Assembly: GCA_020353515.1 (NCBI GenBank)
Contig: CP070695.1
Coordinates: 473,173-537,172 of the forward strand
Direction of reading: 5' to 3'
Source: Candidatus Heimdallarchaeota archaeon
GTDB lineage: Archaea > Asgardarchaeota > Heimdallarchaeia > Hodarchaeales > Hodarchaeaceae
Length of the DNA stretch: 64,000 nucleotides
Position 1 is the first letter of the stretch, and every line of letters starts with the position of its first letter. The notes beneath the pieces are model-generated. The model saw only the letters and a program-made list of their open reading frames with translations. It had not been told where the DNA came from and made no database searches. Both the position numbers and the translations under genes were made by a program. Below, piece by piece: positions 9,533-19,846 of the stretch.

Positions 9533-11263
9533 TTAGTTTTCTTGTTGATAATTACTCCGTAATTGAGTGAACATTGGAACATATAGGATAGGTACCCATC
9601 CTTTCGGAGCAGGACGCCAACGACCGATAACAGCTTTTACTTCTTCTCCTTCAGTGAAATTACAGATCCTGGGATTGTAATTAAATCCTCTAACCATTTT
9701 TTGGTCAAACATTGCCCAGTAAGGATTCTCAGGATGACCAGCTGCTTTCTTTGAGGGATTATAATAATGCACCTGTTTAATTTTAGCTCGTTTCGGGATC
9801 TTTAACACTTGCAATTTCGTTCCGCATATTCTTTTAGCGTCACCAGTTGTGTTCTCAATCCCACGTAAACAACGATCTTCCAATTCGCCAAATTTCTCTG
9901 GAGGAGCAAAATCTGGGAAGTTAGCTTTGGTCCAACTGTCCCCAAAATAGACGGCACCGCATTTTGGGCACCCCTCTACTTGATAATATTCTTTTGATAG
10001 TGGATCTACTTCCAATAAGGCGATATGCCGAGCAGCTTGATCAGGAGTATCACGAAACTTAAAATAATCCTCAACCGTGATTTTCTGTTTGTATTCTATT
10101 TGTTCCTGAACAGTTGGAACGCCATTATTAGCAACTTGTGAACCATCAGCTTTCACTTTAATACTAATGACATCGGAACCAGCACCTGATCCATAAAGAA
10201 CAGTCATAATCTCATCGCCAGGTTCAGCAGTTTCCATCGCATTGCATAAAGCAGTTGGAACAGTCGCAGAATAACCATTGGCAATAACTGGGGCTAAATT
10301 AGATACTTTAACCCTCGGTTCGATACCAAGCATCTTACCGTCGTCATCAAACATCTTTTCAGCTAAGGGGACGCCAAAATGATTACCAATGTCGATTAAA
10401 GCCTCATTAGGAAATGATCCATTTGGAGAGTGAATCACCCAAGTTTTAGTTTGAAGACAGTCAGGACTGATGTCGGAATAATTCACAAGGTGTTTCTTCA
10501 GGGTTGAAAGAATCATTCCACGGAAGGCCAGTGAAGTACCTTGACCCTCATGCTCTGGGAATGCTTCCCCATCTTTTCTAATAAAATCTGAGAAGTCATA
10601 GTTGATTGAGGTTCGTCCTTTTATTTCTGCAATCCCTTTCTCTTTCCCAAGAATGATGCTAGTGGAATAGAAGGAAGCAGAAAACTCTAGGTCATCTCCA
10701 GGAGCCCCTTGACTCGCATCAGTTGCAGTAACCGCAACATAACGACATCTTCCAGAATCAATTAGGGCGGCTGCAATGTCAAGAAATTCACCAAAGGGCT
10801 TACAGGCAAACTCTCCTCGCACACCATATTTCAGATCAGTTAAACCAGCCTTTCCAGCAATAGCTGTACTTGATTTTACAGCATAGGGATAAGATTCTGA
10901 AACAACGAATAACGCATCAATTTCTTCAGGTTTGATTCCAGCACGGCGAATAGCATAACTCAAAGATTGGATCCCTGCAGTCAATGCATCTTCGTTTGGA
11001 CCAGGAACAACCTTTTCTCGAAGCATTAATCGTTGATGGTAAACCCATCTCACACTACTCAAGGCCTTTCCTCGAAAACGATTGACAGTTCTCTTAAGTT
11101 TTCTCAAAGCAACCTTATAATTAAGTGTGGACAAACTATGGTAATTATCCACGAGTTCTTGAATTTCAAGACGATTTTGAGGTATAAAAGACGCTATTGC
11201 CTTAATATCTGCCATATAAATAACCATCGCGTAGGTTTTGTGATGTTTCTTTGGTGTAACCAA
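9533..11263 (-). CDS. mvaS: Archaeal-type HMG-CoA synthase fused to C-terminal Zn-ribbon/OB (DUF35-like) domain
   Basis: ESYPYAVK, EFACK (catalytic Cys), HSPNG, YGSGAGSD; extra C-terminal region with CPKCG. Confidence 0.8.
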   Translation of the reverse strand: MVTPKKHHKTYAMVIYMADIKAIASFIPQNRLEIQELVDNYHSLSTLNYKVALRKLKRTVNRFRGKALSSVRWVYHQRLMLREKVVPGPNEDALTAGIQSLSYAIRRAGIKPEEIDALFVVSESYPYAVKSSTAIAGKAGLTDLKYGVRGEFACKPFGEFLDIAAALIDSGRCRYVAVTATDASQGAPGDDLEFSASFYSTSIILGKEKGIAEIKGRTSINYDFSDFIRKDGEAFPEHEGQGTSLAFRGMILSTLKKHLVNYSDISPDCLQTKTWVIHSPNGSFPNEALIDIGNHFGVPLAEKMFDDDGKMLGIEPRVKVSNLAPVIANGYSATVPTALCNAMETAEPGDEIMTVLYGSGAGSDVISIKVKADGSQVANNGVPTVQEQIEYKQKITVEDYFKFRDTPDQAARHIALLEVDPLSKEYYQVEGCPKCGAVYFGDSWTKANFPDFAPPEKFGELEDRCLRGIENTTGDAKRICGTKLQVLKIPKRAKIKQVHYYNPSKKAAGHPENPYWAMFDQKMVRGFNYNPRICNFTEGEEVKAVIGRWRPAPKGWVPILYVPMFTQLRSNYQQEN

Positions 11264-11680
11264 TGTAATACTACTTGTCGTAAAGAATAGCCGTTCTTCT
11301 TACCTGTGAAGATGCCAATTGTTTAAGTCAGAGGACTAAAACATTTAAGCTCTCGAAAAGTTACCCATTAGTAAGGGGTTTATATGTGTTAGCTCATACA
11401 TACGGCTCATAGGGGTAATTTTTAAAAAATTTTAAGGTAATATGGGTTCATCATATGGGTGATTCCCCCTTTGCCTTTTTTCCTTATCTATGATCATTAC
11501 TAAAAATTATAATTGGAGAGATTATTTAACTTTTATTTTATTTTTTTTAGAATTTTTTTATCAGATTAACTAACTGGTTAAGTCATTTTTGTACCAATAA
11601 AAAGGTAAGGAGAATAAAGGTAACATATTTCTAAGAGAATATTTATACTGCTTATCAACAGATCCTAGAAACCTATTACA

Positions 11681-12298
11681 ATGAGGACGATCAAATTGAA
11701 ATCTTTCATCGTATTATATGGGCCACGACTTCCTGAAGCAAGTAATTGCCTGTTAAAGCTCTCACAAAAGCTGGGTGATCTTCCTATCTCTGGAGGGGAA
11801 AGAGCTTATGGAACTCATGATTTTGTGTTTAATTGGATCAAACCACCCCAACCAGAACCATTATTAGAACTAGTACGCAGGATTGATGAGTGTTTAATGG
11901 GATTACCAACGAAATACGCTATCACGACTGAAAGCCACAAAACAAGTCGTGTAACTGTTGAGATCGGTAAACGAGTTATGGCTACTATTTTTTCTCTGAT
12001 CCGGATTCAGGGCCCCAGTATTTCCAAAGCACTAACCGCTATTGAACAGGTTATTCAAGAAGTCGAAACAACAAACACCTTTGATACAGTAAAATCTTCG
12101 ATTCTTATGGGAGAGTATGATTATGCCTTTGAGTGGGATCATTGGCCATCCTTTGAGGAGATCCATGACTTATTATCACGTTTAGATGAAAAAATTGAAC
12201 CAACAGGAGCTTTATACACACTAACGACTAAAAAAGTCTATCGCACAGAAGACCACATTGATGACTATTCTAGTGATAATCTTATGGCATTTCTTTGA
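11681..12298 (+). CDS. Hypothetical protein with two-fold internal repeat
   Basis: YGP..GTHDFVFNW..P..RRIDE..YAITT versus QGP..GEYDYAFEW..P..SRLDE..YTLTT. Confidence 0.75.
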   Translation: MRTIKLKSFIVLYGPRLPEASNCLLKLSQKLGDLPISGGERAYGTHDFVFNWIKPPQPEPLLELVRRIDECLMGLPTKYAITTESHKTSRVTVEIGKRVMATIFSLIRIQGPSISKALTAIEQVIQEVETTNTFDTVKSSILMGEYDYAFEWDHWPSFEEIHDLLSRLDEKIEPTGALYTLTTKKVYRTEDHIDDYSSDNLMAFL

Positions 12299-12377
12299 AT
12301 TTAATTATATTTTTGCTTAGCTTTTTCCTTCTATTCATTGATTTTTATGGTAACTTACTAAAGATTTAATTATCCAT

Positions 12378-13418
12378 TTAAGTAATGGGAAATAGCACAA
12401 GTAGAATAAGTAGTTCGAAAGGTAGTATTATTAATGCTAGTAGCGTTAAGCTAGTAATTAATAAACTGATTTCATCCTCTTTAAGGTTGAAAAATTTTCC
12501 ATACATGATATTGATAACTGCTGGGGGTGCCATTCCTTGAATTATAAGAGTAATCGCAACTGCTGGTTCACGAACTTGTAGTATGATTAACATCACTAAT
12601 ACGACTAGTGGAGCTATAAGGAAGCGCACTGAACTTACACGGAAGACCTCTTTCGAAAATAGACTTCTCGGATGAAGTTGCTCAATATCCCGAAATGAAA
12701 CCCCTACAAGGATGAGTGCTCCATAAAGTGAAATAGGTTTGACGATACTTAAGCCAGGGAGGGCAAAAAGGTCACCTATCGCGCTAGGCCCCACTATTGC
12801 ATGGAGGATAAACCCAGCAATTACAGCTAGCAGTGGTGGAAATTTTAACAGGTTGATTGATATCTTCTTTATATCTGTGAAAGGAGAATTCGGTTTGCTT
12901 TCATCAGTGTTTACATGTTCAGGGGTATACATAACTCCCAACAATACTCCAAGGCTATTCCGTAGTATCATAGCCACAAACACAAATATTGATGCGTAAA
13001 TCAGAGCGGAAGATCCTAAGATCGCTAAAATTATTGGAAATGGGTATAACAATGAATTAGGAAACGTACTACATAGTACTCGCGCACCGACTTCTTCTGG
13101 TGGTTTACTTCTTGAGATCAGGTGAATGGAAAGAAAACTAGCGATATGTACAATAACTGCAACAACAGTTACAATGATAATCATTTCTCCTGCAAAAGAC
13201 TCAATTGAAGCAAAGGAGGAGATAATATTAACAGGAAAAAAAAACCAAATCGTTATTGTATTAATCCATTTACCATATTTAGGTTTATAATATCTCGAAA
13301 AACGCCAGATAATACCAATAATGATCATAATATAAACTATCAAGAGGTCTGTGAGTAAGCCAAGTAAGCCTTCAATCAGGACAGAAAGTACCTGCGTGAG
13401 TGTGTCGAAAAATGCCAT
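12378..13418 (-). CDS. AEC (auxin efflux carrier-like) family transporter
   Basis: About 10 TM helices; FPNS..YPFP, PPL, APL, MAPPA motifs. Confidence 0.75.
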   Translation of the reverse strand: MAFFDTLTQVLSVLIEGLLGLLTDLLIVYIMIIIGIIWRFSRYYKPKYGKWINTITIWFFFPVNIISSFASIESFAGEMIIIVTVVAVIVHIASFLSIHLISRSKPPEEVGARVLCSTFPNSLLYPFPIILAILGSSALIYASIFVFVAMILRNSLGVLLGVMYTPEHVNTDESKPNSPFTDIKKISINLLKFPPLLAVIAGFILHAIVGPSAIGDLFALPGLSIVKPISLYGALILVGVSFRDIEQLHPRSLFSKEVFRVSSVRFLIAPLVVLVMLIILQVREPAVAITLIIQGMAPPAVINIMYGKFFNLKEDEISLLITSLTLLALIILPFELLILLVLFPIT

Positions 13419-13464
13419 GTATCAGTCGCCGTTACACTTAGTGTTAAGTATGTTATTTCGTCGT

Positions 13465-14700
13465 TTACTTGATAAGAATGAATTTCTTTTGAGGAGGGAC
13501 TAGAAATTCACACCCATCTTTTGTTATAACGATGTTTTCTTCTAGCGATACTGTACCAAAATTTTTAGTTTTGACATTCAATTCCAATGTAAAAATATTG
13601 CTTTCTTCTACGAAACCCTTTGGTGTATCACCATATCTTTCCCATAGAGGACCTAGGATGACACCACCATCATGAGCTTTTGTACCTACTTGATGGCCTA
13701 AGGCATGTGCGTACTCTTCATACCCTCTCGATTTTACATATTCTCGGGCGATATTATCTACAGAATACCCCGTGACACCTGGTTTGATGTAATCAGCAGC
13801 TTTGAGAATTGCGTCTCGTACTGTTTCAAATGCATGGATTAATTCTGTTGGTGGTTCCGTACCGAAGAACCACATTCTTTGGAGGTCAGAACAGTATCCA
13901 CGCAATTTGATACCAAAATCATTATGCAATGTGTGGCCTTTTTGAGTCGTAAATTGGGGAGAGGGACCTATGTGACCCAGTTCCTTATCAGGTCCAGCAT
14001 CAACAGCTGGACAAGATGCTCTTTGCCAAGCTTCAACTACTCCTAAACGATCCATTTCTTGATGAAACAACCTTTGAATTTCTGGTTCAGACAGTCCTAC
14101 CTTTAATTTCGAAGTGATAGTCCGATTTATTTCTTCAGTTAATTTACAGGTGTTTGTAATCAGTTTGATTTCAGTTTTAGTTTTTCTTCCTCTAATAGCC
14201 TGAATTATTGGCGCAGCTGAAATAAATCGCTCTTTTTTATCTTTTAAGATGTTTGATATCTTTAGAAACATACCATGAGAAAGGCCATCGGATACTACAT
14301 CATCTTCGGAATAATTCAGGGCAATATTATGCGGATTAATTTTGTCTAAATATTTTCTCAGAGGTTCGGCAATACCTTCTTTGTAGGGTATAACTTCATC
14401 CCATATCCCTTTTTCTCTCTCGGCTGGTGCGTCAAAATTTCCTACAATTGCGCCCTTAGAAAATATATTTTTATTACTATTGAATATAAACGCTGATTCC
14501 CATACAACATCACCCCCAATAACAAGATCCATGATTGGGTCTGGATTAGCTTCAGTTTCCCTGATAAAAATCAGCCAACACTCAATTCCGTTCTCCTTCA
14601 TGATTGAAGGTATTTGGTTATGTTTTTCCCTAATTATTTCTAGATGATTTTCTCTTGAAAGTTTTGCTTGACTCAATAATAAATCCCTTCTTAAAGTCAT
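13465..14700 (-). CDS. Xaa-Pro peptidase (M24 family)
   Basis: DFG..GYCSD, HALGHQVG..HD, TLE, LEE metal ligands. Confidence 0.9.
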   Translation of the reverse strand: MTLRRDLLLSQAKLSRENHLEIIREKHNQIPSIMKENGIECWLIFIRETEANPDPIMDLVIGGDVVWESAFIFNSNKNIFSKGAIVGNFDAPAEREKGIWDEVIPYKEGIAEPLRKYLDKINPHNIALNYSEDDVVSDGLSHGMFLKISNILKDKKERFISAAPIIQAIRGRKTKTEIKLITNTCKLTEEINRTITSKLKVGLSEPEIQRLFHQEMDRLGVVEAWQRASCPAVDAGPDKELGHIGPSPQFTTQKGHTLHNDFGIKLRGYCSDLQRMWFFGTEPPTELIHAFETVRDAILKAADYIKPGVTGYSVDNIAREYVKSRGYEEYAHALGHQVGTKAHDGGVILGPLWERYGDTPKGFVEESNIFTLELNVKTKNFGTVSLEENIVITKDGCEFLVPPQKKFILIK

Positions 14701-15425
14701 TACCTTGAATGAATTTTTAAAAGATGGCCAAAACGTTGTTTTTTTGTTTGCATATAATTTAGACTGTATTCTGTTGGAGGGAGATCCAGGGGTACTCGTT
14801 CGATAATCTCTATATGCTCTCCAACCTGTTTAATTTTCTCAGGATTATTTGTTATCAGTCTAATAGATCCGACACCAAGCTTCTCGAGCATTGCTCCAGC
14901 GACTTCATAGTTTCGTTGATCTGCTCCGAATCCAAGAGCGACATTTGCATCATAGGTATCGAAACCATTGTCCTGTAAGGCATATGCACGGAGTTTATTC
15001 AACAAACCTATTCCTCTTCCCTCTTGCTGCATATATAAGATGACTCCTGCTCCTTCTTCCTCAATCATTTTTAATGAGTGATCCAATTGTGGGCCACAAT
15101 CACATCTTAGGGATCCTAACGCATCACCAGTCAAACATGATGAATGTAAACGCGTGAGTAGCTTAGTTTTACCTATTATATCGCCTTTAACTATTGCTAT
15201 ATGTTCCTCTCGATCTTTGTTATTTACAAAACCCACTATATGAAAATGTCCGAATTGACTTGGAAAATCCGCGATTGCTACAATCATAACACAGGTTTGT
15301 TTTTCACAAGTTTCACACTCATGTTGATTGGAACAATTCTTGAATTCCAACAAATCTTGGTTAATTATGGTTTCTAGGGATAGTTTCTGCATTTTATAGA
15401 CCCGAATAAGTGACTTTACTAGCAT
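14700..15425 (-). CDS. ribA: GTP cyclohydrolase II
   Basis: RLHSSCLTGDALGSLRCDCG, QEGRGIGL, TNNPEK. Confidence 0.95.
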   Translation of the reverse strand: MLVKSLIRVYKMQKLSLETIINQDLLEFKNCSNQHECETCEKQTCVMIVAIADFPSQFGHFHIVGFVNNKDREEHIAIVKGDIIGKTKLLTRLHSSCLTGDALGSLRCDCGPQLDHSLKMIEEEGAGVILYMQQEGRGIGLLNKLRAYALQDNGFDTYDANVALGFGADQRNYEVAGAMLEKLGVGSIRLITNNPEKIKQVGEHIEIIERVPLDLPPTEYSLNYMQTKKQRFGHLLKIHSR

Positions 15426-15580
15426 TAGAAAGAAAATGATGAGTAATTAATAAAATTTGTAATCTCAGATCTATATTCATTTCATAGATAGACTACAACT
15501 ATTTCTTAGGTTACTAGTTAAATTGATTAAGCAAATGAATCTTTAATGTTTATAGAAAAAAAGGTAATTCGTGACATCTC

Positions 15581-17317
15581 ATGAATCTTGAGAACATCGT
15601 AGACAAGTTTGTTTACGAAAATGCTTTGAAACACGGTCAAGCGAAGACTGGTTCGGTATTGGGAGCAATTATTGCTGCTCACCCAGAATTAAAGGAACAA
15701 GCAAAAGAAATAGCAAGTCAGGTTTCGGCCAAAATAGACTTAGTAAACAAAATGGGTTCTGAGAAGATTGAAAGGTGGTGTAGAGACAATTATCCAGAAT
15801 TTTTCGAGAAAGAGGAGAAAATTAAGAGAAAAAAGACTTCTTTACCTCCTCTCGAAGGAGGAGTTGATGGAGAAGTATGTACAAGATTACCTCCAGAACC
15901 TAGTGGGTATCTTCACATTGGACATGGGTATGCAGGTTTCATCAATTATTATTATGCTAAGCATTATAATGGAAAGTTAATTCTACGTTTTGAGGATACA
16001 AATCCCAGAAAGGTTGAACTTAAGTATTATGAGAAAATCCGTGATGATTTCCGATATATGGGGATTTACTGGGATGAGGAAATAAATGAATCTGATAGGA
16101 TACCAATGTATTATGATTATGCCCAACAATTAATTGAAGAAGGTAATGGATATGTATGTGGCTGCTCTGTGGATATCATTAGAGACTACAGGCATAAGGG
16201 AAAGGAATGTGAACATCGCAATCGTTCATCTAATGAAAATTTGGAATATTGGGAACAGATGCTAGAAGACAGCCCAGAAGGAAAACTATCATTGAGATTG
16301 AAGGTTGACATGTCTCATACAAATGCTGCGTTACGTGATCCTTCTATAATGCGGGTAATAGAAGCTTCTCATTGCCTCCAAGGCGATAAATATCGTGTTT
16401 GGCCTCTTTATGACTTTGCTGTAGCAATAGAAGATTCAGTTCTCGGGATCACGCATGTTTTAAGATCAGAAGAGTTTGTCCAGAAAGTACCTTTACAAAA
16501 TCATATCAGAGACATTTTAGGGTTGAGATCACCAAGGTTTGTTCATTTTTCAAGGTTAAGATTGTCTGACGTACCAGTACAAAAAAGACTTATTCGAGAG
16601 CTTATTAAAAAAGGCATCATTGACAATTGGAATGATTTTCGACTAAGTACCATTTCAGGAATGCGTTCTAGAGGAATAGTTCCTGAAACTATTAAACAAA
16701 TCGCTTTTGATATGCAACTAAGTACAGGTCAATCAGAATTGGATTTGTCAATCTTGTTGGCAATAAATAGAAAGATTGTAGATGATATTGCAAGGAGGAT
16801 ATTTGCAGTCATTAACCCGATCACATTATATGTTGATAATTTGCCTGAAGATACAATTGAAGTTCCATATCATCCAAAAAAGGATCTGGGGCATAGAAAA
16901 ATTCCGTATACTCATGTTTTTTATGTGAATCATAGAGATCTTGAAATATTAAAACCTGGAGAGACTATTAGGCTGAAAGATCTAGTAAACATTACAATTA
17001 CCGAAATCAAATTACTTAACAACAACAAGATTGTTGTAACATCTAATTTCGAAGACGATCCTTCATTAAACTTTACAAAAATTCAATGGGTGCCAAAGAA
17101 CTACTGTTTGGAACTGATGGTTAATATACCTGGTCCATTATATATTAATGGGGAAATAAATCCAAGCTCGTTAAGAATTGAGAATGGATTCATAGAAAAG
17201 TCGGTTCTGGAACTTCAGAAAGGTGATTTGATACAACTTGAACGTATCGGTTTCGGAAAAATTGTTGATCTTAACCAGAAAAGAATCGAACTCAACCTGA
17301 CTGAATCACTTCAATGA
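15581..17317 (+). CDS. gltX: Glutamate--tRNA ligase, archaeal type
   Basis: PPEPSGYLHIGH, LRFEDTNP, ITHVLR, QLERIGF; archaeal N-terminal helical extension. Confidence 0.95.
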   Translation: MNLENIVDKFVYENALKHGQAKTGSVLGAIIAAHPELKEQAKEIASQVSAKIDLVNKMGSEKIERWCRDNYPEFFEKEEKIKRKKTSLPPLEGGVDGEVCTRLPPEPSGYLHIGHGYAGFINYYYAKHYNGKLILRFEDTNPRKVELKYYEKIRDDFRYMGIYWDEEINESDRIPMYYDYAQQLIEEGNGYVCGCSVDIIRDYRHKGKECEHRNRSSNENLEYWEQMLEDSPEGKLSLRLKVDMSHTNAALRDPSIMRVIEASHCLQGDKYRVWPLYDFAVAIEDSVLGITHVLRSEEFVQKVPLQNHIRDILGLRSPRFVHFSRLRLSDVPVQKRLIRELIKKGIIDNWNDFRLSTISGMRSRGIVPETIKQIAFDMQLSTGQSELDLSILLAINRKIVDDIARRIFAVINPITLYVDNLPEDTIEVPYHPKKDLGHRKIPYTHVFYVNHRDLEILKPGETIRLKDLVNITITEIKLLNNNKIVVTSNFEDDPSLNFTKIQWVPKNYCLELMVNIPGPLYINGEINPSSLRIENGFIEKSVLELQKGDLIQLERIGFGKIVDLNQKRIELNLTESLQ

Positions 17318-17329
17318 GGAGGTCTTTTT

Positions 17330-18316
17330 ATGATTAAGTACAATAAAATCTATAATAAAGACTTTCTAGATTTTTCTAAAAAGATTCCAGAGGAAACAAT
17401 TGACTTAATTGTCACTTCCCCACCTTACGGAATAGGAAAGGAATATGAAAAGAAGATACCTTTAGAGGATTATCTGAGTTGGTCTACAAAAGTATTTACA
17501 GAATTTAGAAGGATCCTTAAAGATACTGGTTCTCTTTTCTACCAAGTTGGAACTTACGTCGGTGAAAAAGGAGTACACTATCCTTGGGATATAATGCTCT
17601 TCCCACTCTTTGTTAATCTAGAATTTATTTCAAGAAATCGTATAATATGGATTCGGCAACATGGAACTCATGCAAAACACAAATTTTCTAATCGTCATGA
17701 ATCTATACTCTGGTTTACAAAATCTCATAACTATAAATTCAATCTAGATGGTATTCGTGTTCCTCAAAAGTATCCAAACAAGAAAGGTTATAGAAAAGGG
17801 AAACTTTATGGAAAATTCACATCAGATCCTAGGGGTAAGAATCCAGGTGACGTTTGGGCCTTTAGAAATGTTAAGCATAATCATGAAGAACAAACTGTAC
17901 ATCCATGTCAATTTCCAGAGGATATGATTACAAGGATCATTCTAGCAACTACAGATCCAAAAGATATTGTATTTGATCCCTTTATTGGTTCAGGAACGAC
18001 CGCTGTGGTAGCTAAACACTATAATAGAAGGTTTTTAGGATGTGAAATCGTGGAAGAATATGTTAACATTGCAAATCATCGTCTAAAAGGAGAACCAGAC
18101 AAAAATAACAATTTTCCAAACCTTAAAACTCTAAGACATTATGTTGACTTGACTGGAGAAGATATTGCTAAATTTACTTACTCACGACAAGTTGGAAAAG
18201 TCCCTACTCCCTCAAAAAATTCAAGAATCTTCTCTGAGAATTACCATCTAGAAAAAACAATAGAGAGAATTACCTACGAAGCGGAGAATCCACGATTTAA
18301 AGGTGAATGTAAATAA
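17330..18316 (+). CDS. Beta-class DNA methyltransferase, M.BglII/M.BstYI-like (probable m4C)
   Basis: TSPPY, RVPQKY, GKNPGDVWAFRNVKHNHEEQTVHPCQFPE, FDPFIGSGT. Confidence 0.88.
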   Translation: MIKYNKIYNKDFLDFSKKIPEETIDLIVTSPPYGIGKEYEKKIPLEDYLSWSTKVFTEFRRILKDTGSLFYQVGTYVGEKGVHYPWDIMLFPLFVNLEFISRNRIIWIRQHGTHAKHKFSNRHESILWFTKSHNYKFNLDGIRVPQKYPNKKGYRKGKLYGKFTSDPRGKNPGDVWAFRNVKHNHEEQTVHPCQFPEDMITRIILATTDPKDIVFDPFIGSGTTAVVAKHYNRRFLGCEIVEEYVNIANHRLKGEPDKNNNFPNLKTLRHYVDLTGEDIAKFTYSRQVGKVPTPSKNSRIFSENYHLEKTIERITYEAENPRFKGECK

Positions 18317-18385
18317 GGTAATAGAATGAATAAAGGAACTAATTATTATTTATCTAAGACTTTTAAGACTCAAATGGAATAAAAA

Positions 18386-18802
18386 ATGACTGAAACACAC
18401 TATTCAAAAACGATTTCAATTTATGAAGACATTTCTGTAGTTCTATTTGTTAGTTTAAGCCTTTTTGCAGTAGCAGAAATGTTTGGATTAATCACATCAA
18501 TTATCACGTCTTTTGTATATCCTGTTTCAGAAATCATTCCCATTTCAATGATCTTTTTCAGCACTCTAGGATTTTTGGGATTTTTAACTGATTCAAAAAT
18601 GAACATCATATTGGCTTTATTGGCTGCATTAGTAGAGCTATTAATCTTAAGTATAGCAATTCTAGTCAACCCAGCGGAATCCTTTCTCATCCCAACGATC
18701 ACTATTCAAATTCTATTGGCTTTTATTCTGTTTTTTGGGGTAATAACTATTCATTACCAACGGTTTATTTCTTGGAATTGGACTGGGATATGTTATGAAT
18801 GA
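18386..18802 (+). CDS. Small 4-TM membrane protein
   Basis: Four hydrophobic segments in 138 aa. Confidence 0.6.
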   Translation: MTETHYSKTISIYEDISVVLFVSLSLFAVAEMFGLITSIITSFVYPVSEIIPISMIFFSTLGFLGFLTDSKMNIILALLAALVELLILSIAILVNPAESFLIPTITIQILLAFILFFGVITIHYQRFISWNWTGICYE

Positions 18803-18977
18803 ACTTGTGGCAGCCGGAGCGCCTAGTGGAGAAAATTGGAGAATGAATCCGATTTTTGAACCCCATATTTTTGCTTTTACTTGGGTTCTTTCTGTTGTTC
18901 TCTCAATGGCAGCGGGATTTTATCCTGCCTGGAGAGCTGCTGAGCTGGATCCTGTAGTTGCCTTAAGAAAAGAATAA
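18795..18977 (+). pseudogene. C-terminal fragment of a MacB/FtsX-type ABC permease
   Basis: AAGFYPAWRAAELDPVVALRKE is the typical C-terminus of this family, but the ORF is only 60 aa. Confidence 0.7.
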
Positions 18978-18995
18978 AGAAAGGTGAAAAGTTTG

Positions 18996-19763
18996 TTACT
19001 TTTCTTGAGCATTCTCATGTAAAGTGGAAATCAAGGATCGAATTGTGTCATCTACTCCTTCTCCAGTCTTCATCGAGGTTTCATAATATAAATATTCTTC
19101 TGTTGCACCAATCATATGACGAACGCTTTCAAGGCCAATATAACATCCACGTTCAATTAGGTCTTTTTTATTTAAAAGAATGAAAATTGGTATCCTGATT
19201 TGACCATCACTAGCTCTATATTCCTCTTCCCGAGTTAATTCTAGAAAATATGAGACTTTTTCGATGCTAGCCATATTGGTACCATCAGCTAGCACAATCA
19301 CAGCATCTGCGCCTCTCATTGTAATTTGAGGCATGAAATCAAATCGTTCTTGACCGGCATTATCAAAGAAAACAAACTGCCAAATCTCTTCAATATCGTC
19401 ACGAAGGAGTAATTCATCTACTTTTTTGACTGGGTGAAACTCGATCGAGTTGAAGAGAGTGCGTACAAGTAATATCCCAACTGTATTTAGGGAAACAGTA
19501 GTGGTAGATTCCTCTCTTTTCTTACCAATTCGAAACCAGGTATGGGTTGCATCCACCACATTCTCAGTTTTAGCACGGCGTTGAGATTCTGTAGTGGGTT
19601 TAAAAAGATCACCGAGTAGGCATCGTAAGAACTCTGTTTTCCCAGCTCCTGTTGAGCCGACAATATTGATCTTATAGACTCCCCTAAAACCTTGTGGTAG
19701 GGCTTGTTTCAAAACCCGAGTAACTCGTCCTGTTGCTCTAATAGTCATTAATAGCTTCTCCAC
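18996..19763 (-). CDS. Ras-superfamily small GTPase with insertions
   Basis: G1 GSTGAGKT, G3 DNAGQERF, G4 NKKD, G5 ETSMKTG. Confidence 0.88.
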   Translation of the reverse strand: MEKLLMTIRATGRVTRVLKQALPQGFRGVYKINIVGSTGAGKTEFLRCLLGDLFKPTTESQRRAKTENVVDATHTWFRIGKKREESTTTVSLNTVGILLVRTLFNSIEFHPVKKVDELLLRDDIEEIWQFVFFDNAGQERFDFMPQITMRGADAVIVLADGTNMASIEKVSYFLELTREEEYRASDGQIRIPIFILLNKKDLIERGCYIGLESVRHMIGATEEYLYYETSMKTGEGVDDTIRSLISTLHENAQEK

Positions 19764-19846
19764 TATTCATACAATTGAGCTTATCTGGTAACACATTAAA
19801 GATAGTTTGATATTGTTAAACAAAGCGTTTTTAATATATTTTACTA

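Noticed and set aside
17330-18802. Type II restriction-modification pair
   Set aside because: The downstream ORF is a hydrophobic 4-TM protein with no PD-(D/E)xK or HNH features
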